Assembly: GCA_031370645.1 (NCBI GenBank)
Contig: JANMQV010000138.1
Span: 1-11,116, forward strand
DNA: 11,116 nt
Source of the DNA: Candidatus Eiseniibacteriota bacterium
GTDB taxonomy: Bacteria; Eisenbacteria; RBG-16-71-46; SZUA-252
Reading direction: 5' to 3'
The notes under the pieces are model-generated. The model saw only the letters and a program-made list of their open reading frames with translations. It was not told the DNA's origin and did not search any database. This document shows, piece after piece, positions 7,012 to 11,116 of this stretch (positions are counted from its first letter, which is position 1; the number at the start of each line of letters is the position of its first letter). Both the position numbers and the translations under genes were made by a program.

Positions 7012-8066
7012 TCCTCCCGGGGCGGTGCCGCGGCGGCAAGATCCAGATTCTCGCGAACGCCCTCATCGTTCTGGCCCTCTTCGCCGGGACGCATGCGCTG
7101 GCGCTCGGAAGCGTCGATCTCAACCCCGCGGCGTGGGCGGCTCCCTGGACGGGCGATGTGGTTCTGGTTTCGGCGGGACTTCTCTTTCTCGGCCTCGCGT
7201 TCCTCTTCCCGCTTCATGGCGGGCTCTTGAACCTCGGCATTCACGCGCAGTTCCTGGTCGGATACGCCGTGGGCGCCGCGATCGTTCGAGGTGGAATGGT
7301 CGATCCGGCGGCGCAGGCGTGGTTGGCTCTCCTGGCGGGCGTGCTCGCGGGCGGCGTCACCGGCTTCGTCATCGCGTGGATGAAGCAGAAATTCGCGATC
7401 CACGAAGTGCTGAGCGGGCTCCTTCTGAGCGCCGCGTTCATGCCGCTCGGGCGGGCGCTCGCCGTCGATCGCGTGACCCCGCCGGCGCTCACGATCGAAC
7501 TCGGCGTTCTCGGCACGTCGATCCCGTTCGCTCCCGGCCTCTCGCTTCCGCCGTCGTTCGTCCTGACGTGGGGAATTCTGCTTCTTTCGGCGGCGCTCGT
7601 GATCGGGCTTCTCTTCGCGCACGTCCTGCGAAACGCCGTCGCCGGCTTTGCCGTTCGCGCCACCGGAGCGAATCCGCTGGCCGCGGTCGCGACCGGTGTT
7701 GAAGTGGAGCGGGTGCAGCTAGAGCTCCTCGTGCTGGGCGGCGCCTGTGCGGGACTCACCGGCGCGCTCCAGCTATGGACGCAGCCGGCCGTGATGCTCG
7801 AACGATGGCCGTTTCCGCTCGGATTCGCCGGCATGGCGGTCGCGTTTCTCGGGCTCGGCTCCGTGAGAGGCGCGCTCCTCGCCGCGCTGGTCCTGGCGGC
7901 GTGGCTCAACACGCCGGGTGCCGCGGCGATCCTCCCGCATCCGACGTGGGGTGCGGCGATCACGCTGGTCTTGCTCGCTCCCGCGCTCTGGGTCTTGCCG
8001 CGCCTCCAGCCGGAGCAGGGCGCGCCGCGTTCCATCTGGAGGACGAGACACCGCGAACCGATTTGA
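7008..8066 (+). CDS. ABC transporter permease, BPD_transp_2 family (nucleoside/sugar type), 352 aa
   Basis: GTG at 7008 overlaps the upstream TGA (GTGA coupling). The protein has multiple hydrophobic segments. GLLNLGIHAQF resembles GLFNIGxEGQ, IHEVLSGLLL resembles NEVIxxLML, and GFAVRATGANPLAAVATGV resembles GFELRAVGxNPxAAxxAGI. Confidence 0.88.
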   Translation: MILPGRCRGGKIQILANALIVLALFAGTHALALGSVDLNPAAWAAPWTGDVVLVSAGLLFLGLAFLFPLHGGLLNLGIHAQFLVGYAVGAAIVRGGMVDPAAQAWLALLAGVLAGGVTGFVIAWMKQKFAIHEVLSGLLLSAAFMPLGRALAVDRVTPPALTIELGVLGTSIPFAPGLSLPPSFVLTWGILLLSAALVIGLLFAHVLRNAVAGFAVRATGANPLAAVATGVEVERVQLELLVLGGACAGLTGALQLWTQPAVMLERWPFPLGFAGMAVAFLGLGSVRGALLAALVLAAWLNTPGAAAILPHPTWGAAITLVLLAPALWVLPRLQPEQGAPRSIWRTRHREPI

Positions 8067-8163
8067 TGCGGTAGCAGCTTTCCGTTCCCCGCGCCTCCTC
8101 CTCTCCCGTCCCCGCACCACAACCGAATCGCCCCGACCAAACCTATCGTGGGAGGAGTGCGTC

Positions 8164-8808
8164 ATGGTTCGTGCTTGGGGAATGGTTCTGTGGGTCTTGG
8201 TCTTGGTGGTGGCGCTCGCGATCGCCATGCGGTTCGCGCCACCGGTGCGCGCGCAGGGGACGGGGGGAGTCGTCTTGAGCGAACTCCTCGCAGGGCCGGC
8301 GCGCGATTGGGACGGCGACGGCGTGTTCGACGCGCGAAAGGACGAGTGGGTGGAGATTCGAAACGACGGCGTCGTTCCGGTCGACCTCGCGGCGTACCGA
8401 GTCTCGGACGCCGACTCGACGATTCGCTACGCCTTCTCGGGCAATCTCGCGCCGGGAAGCGTTCTTCTCGTGACCGGCGCGATGGCGCTCGATTGGCAGC
8501 GAGCCGTCGGTCGAACCGCCGCGGGATTGAGCCTCAACAACGCGGGCGACACGGTCCGGCTCTTCCGAATCGACGGTGTCGACACGGTCGCCGTTGACGT
8601 GAAAGCGTACAACTCGATCGAAGGAGCCTCCGATCGCTCGACCGGACGCCTCGGTGGGGGGTGGATCCTCTTCGACTCGCTCAACCCCTACACGGGGAGC
8701 GGGGAGCCGAAAGGGACCGGCTGCCCTCCGACGCCGGGAGGGGCGAACGGCTGCACGACCGGCGTGAAGCAGACCTCCTGGGGGTGGATCAAAGATCATT
8801 ATCGGTGA
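8164..8808 (+). CDS. Secreted lamin tail domain (LTD) protein with C-terminal WGxIK tail, 214 aa
   Basis: GGAGGAG at 8151-8157 precedes ATG 8164. A signal peptide ends at VRA-Q. LTD hallmarks: VVLSELLAGP...DWDGDG...DEWVEIRN...VDLAAYRVSD, LAPG, LSLNNAGDTVRL and PTPGGAN. It ends in KQTSWGWIKDHYR. Confidence 0.9.
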   Translation: MVRAWGMVLWVLVLVVALAIAMRFAPPVRAQGTGGVVLSELLAGPARDWDGDGVFDARKDEWVEIRNDGVVPVDLAAYRVSDADSTIRYAFSGNLAPGSVLLVTGAMALDWQRAVGRTAAGLSLNNAGDTVRLFRIDGVDTVAVDVKAYNSIEGASDRSTGRLGGGWILFDSLNPYTGSGEPKGTGCPPTPGGANGCTTGVKQTSWGWIKDHYR

Positions 8809-8822
8809 CCCTGTGGGCCCGC

Positions 8823-8857
8823 CCGGCGCCTCGGATCTTCACGATTCGAGGCGCCGG
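8823..8857 (+). terminator. Strong GC-rich hairpin just after the LTD gene (terminator-like or mRNA-stabilising; no U-tract)
   Basis: CCGGCGCCTCG (8823-8833) and CGAGGCGCCGG (8847-8857) form a perfect 11-bp inverted repeat. It extends inward by GATC/GATT (one G-U pair) around a 5-nt loop TTCAC and begins 14 nt after the stop. The downstream run is AAGAAAA, not T-rich. Confidence 0.55.
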
Positions 8858-8881
8858 CGGGAAGAAAATGGGCCCGTAGAC

Positions 8882-8909
8882 TTGCATTTTCGGGAACCCT
8901 GGATATCGT
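8882..8909 (+). promoter_or_regulatory. Candidate sigma70-type promoter for the TonB-dependent receptor
   Basis: TTGCAT (8882-8887), 16-bp spacer, TATCGT (8904-8909), located just downstream of the hairpin. Confidence 0.4.
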
Positions 8910-9032
8910 CTACAGAAGTCCCCCCTGCGAGCTGTTCGTTTTACCCCCCCCTGCATGCCCCGGTGTCCCCCCGTTCCTGCGAGTCATTCGCCGTTCCCCG
9001 ACGGTAATTCCCAGGAAAGGAGCACGCCGCCC

Positions 9033-11116
9033 ATGCGGAGCCATGCGCTCTTGCCGCACTTCCAGATTCTTCGGTTCGTCGTCGCCCTCCTTGTACTCGG
9101 CTCCTCGCTGACGCTTATCGCCATTGCAGCCTCCCCGGGACTCGCCCACGCGCAGACCGGAACGATCACGGGCAAGGTCGTCGAGAAGAACGGCGACCCC
9201 ATTCAGGGTGCCAATGTTTTTGTGCTCGGATTGCAAACGGGGGCGATGACGAGGGCATCCGGCGCCTACGAAATTCGGGGAATCCCCATCGGGGCCTATA
9301 CGCTTCGCGTGGCGATCGCCGGGCACCAATCGCAGGACCGGATCGTTCACGTCGACGCGAACCGGTCGGTGCTGGCTGATTTCGAGTTGGAACAAAAGAT
9401 TTCCAAGATGCCCGTGGTGAGGGTCCAGGCCGGCAGGCAAATGGCCATCGACACGGTCACCACCCAAACAAGGCACTTCGTGCCGATCGAAACGGCTCGG
9501 GCCCTTCCCGTTGACGGCCTGAAGGACATCATCGGACTCAAAGCGGGGGTGACCGACCAGGGGGGAGAACTCCACTTTCACGGCGGTCGCGGCGACGAGG
9601 TGCTCACGCTCGTGAACGGCATTCCGAGCCGAGATGCACTCACCTCCGGCTCGGTCGACCTGGGCCTACTCGCCGTCAGCGAGACCGAGCTGGTGATGGG
9701 CGGGATGGACGCCCAGTATGGAAACGCGCTCTCGGGGATCATTTCCTACACGACACGAGAAGGGAAGGACGACCTCGCCGGAGAAATCCGTTACTTCACC
9801 GACCGCTACGGCGAAGCCGACAAGGCGTTCAACAATTACGAGCGGCTGAGCCTTGGCATCGGCGGACCCTTCCTCTTCCGGAACACGAAGTACTTCGTCG
9901 CGCTCGAGGGTACCTTTTCCGATACCTTTCTCAAGAGCACGGCCGGACGGAAGGAACACCGGCTCCTCGATTTCGTGCGCCTCGGAAATCGCCAGTCGAA
10001 CCAAACAAACGTCTCGTCGAAGATCACGTTCAACGTCACCCCCAACGCGAAGCTCAATGCCGAGTTGATCGTCAACCGATCTTCACGCGGCCGATTTCAC
10101 AACCGCTGGAACCGCGATGGTTTCGTCCAAGTGAGCTACGACAGTACGTCCCCGACGGACGGATCGATCGCGAACCGCTACGGTACCTGGGCGTACTACC
10201 CGATCGATGGCACCTTCCTGCCGAGCAATACCGCGGATCATCTCCCGATCACCGAAGAGGAATACGCCCAATTCGCGCTCACGTGGCGGCACACGCTCTC
10301 CCCGGGGACGCTTTACAACCTTCGTGCCTCCCGCCAGCGCTGGAACAGCGAGGAGGACGTACTCGACCGGAAACCTTGGGAATACCAGCAACAGCCGAAC
10401 CAGTACTACGACGCTTCGAACCGGATCGAGGGGCCTTACTTCGTCACGAATGGCGACTTCCCAACATACGAAAAGAAGACCACCGTCACCTACACGCTGA
10501 ACGGCGACCTTTCGAGGAAGGTCGGGGAGCACAGCCTCATGGCCGGCGGGGAGATCGATTACAACTCCCTCGAATTCCTTCACACCGAATTCCCGAACGT
10601 CCTGGACGTCAATGGGAACTACGGAGCGACGCGTGACGAGTTCCGAGTCTTCAACCCGGAGGGATCGGCCTTCGCCCAGGATCGATGGTCCTACGAGGGG
10701 ATGGTGCTGAACGCGGGACTTCGCTACGACAATTTCACGATCGGCGACCAGATCGCTTCGTCGGAGGTGAAGGATCCGGTGAAGACCCAGTGGAGCCCGC
10801 GCGTGGGGTTCGCCTACCCCATCTCCGAGCGCGACGTCATGAGCTTCCACTATGGCCGGGTGTTCCAGGTCCCCGATCACCTGAACGTCTATCAGGGTCG
10901 GAATATATCCGCCCAAGCGAGAGGGAATCCCGATCTCGAGCCGCAGACGACGATCGCCTATCAACTCGGCATGCAACATCTCTTCACGAAGGAGATCAAG
11001 GCGCAGTTCGGCGTCTACTTCAAGGACATCTACGGACTCCTGACGACCGTGGAGCAGCAGATTCCCGGCTTCGCGCTCACCGTGCCGACGTTCGTGAACC
11101 GCGACTACGCTTCGTC
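9033..11116 (+). CDS. TonB-dependent outer-membrane receptor with an N-terminal carboxypeptidase-regulatory-like domain; truncated by the window (at least 694 aa)
   Basis: Not in the ORF track; translated by hand. AAAGGAG at 9016-9022 precedes ATG 9033, and the frame stays open to the end. A signal peptide ends at AHA-Q. N-domain: QTGTITGKVVEKNGDPIQGANV. Plug: LHFHGGRGDEVLTLVNGIP...GGMDAQYGNALSGII. Barrel: AFAQDRWSYEGMVLNAGLRYD, WSPRVGFAYPIS, GNPDLEPQTTIAYQLG and YFKDIYGLL. Confidence 0.95.
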   Translation, partial: MRSHALLPHFQILRFVVALLVLGSSLTLIAIAASPGLAHAQTGTITGKVVEKNGDPIQGANVFVLGLQTGAMTRASGAYEIRGIPIGAYTLRVAIAGHQSQDRIVHVDANRSVLADFELEQKISKMPVVRVQAGRQMAIDTVTTQTRHFVPIETARALPVDGLKDIIGLKAGVTDQGGELHFHGGRGDEVLTLVNGIPSRDALTSGSVDLGLLAVSETELVMGGMDAQYGNALSGIISYTTREGKDDLAGEIRYFTDRYGEADKAFNNYERLSLGIGGPFLFRNTKYFVALEGTFSDTFLKSTAGRKEHRLLDFVRLGNRQSNQTNVSSKITFNVTPNAKLNAELIVNRSSRGRFHNRWNRDGFVQVSYDSTSPTDGSIANRYGTWAYYPIDGTFLPSNTADHLPITEEEYAQFALTWRHTLSPGTLYNLRASRQRWNSEEDVLDRKPWEYQQQPNQYYDASNRIEGPYFVTNGDFPTYEKKTTVTYTLNGDLSRKVGEHSLMAGGEIDYNSLEFLHTEFPNVLDVNGNYGATRDEFRVFNPEGSAFAQDRWSYEGMVLNAGLRYDNFTIGDQIASSEVKDPVKTQWSPRVGFAYPISERDVMSFHYGRVFQVPDHLNVYQGRNISAQARGNPDLEPQTTIAYQLGMQHLFTKEIKAQFGVYFKDIYGLLTTVEQQIPGFALTVPTFVNRDYAS

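Noticed and set aside
8869-8887. Possible sigma54 promoter (GG...TTGCA) before the TBDR
   Set aside because: GG-to-GC spacing is 11 nt rather than the strict 10 nt.
1-11116. CRISPR array, tRNA/rRNA, IS, integrase or defence genes
   Set aside because: No regularly spaced long repeats, RNA gene signatures, terminal inverted repeats or matching protein motifs were seen.

Overview
High-GC bacterial window from a diderm. The protein styles suggest an FCB-related candidate phylum such as Ca. Eisenbacteria, Krumholzibacteria or Latescibacteria, but this is inference only. It holds eight real CDSs, two of which are missing from the ORF track because they run off the window edges. (1) A minus-strand secreted beta-sandwich protein with an InhA-like MAM/jelly-roll motif (1416 to <1). 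After a ~400-bp divergent control region, the plus strand carries: (2) a Gly/Ala/Arg-rich putative outer-membrane protein; (3) a class I/II PLP aminotransferase; (4) carbamate kinase; (5) a heavily degenerate tandem-NBD sugar/nucleoside-type ABC ATPase; (6) a single cognate-family permease; (7) a secreted lamin-tail-domain protein ending in a 'TSWGWIKDHYR' tail; (8) a TonB-dependent receptor (9033 to >11116). No RNA genes, mobile elements or CRISPR arrays were seen. The best leads are the C-terminal WGxIK tail (candidate sorting signal), the probable pseudo-ATPase ABC module lacking a binding protein and second permease, the orphan carbamate kinase operon, and structured or repeated motifs in three intergenic leaders.
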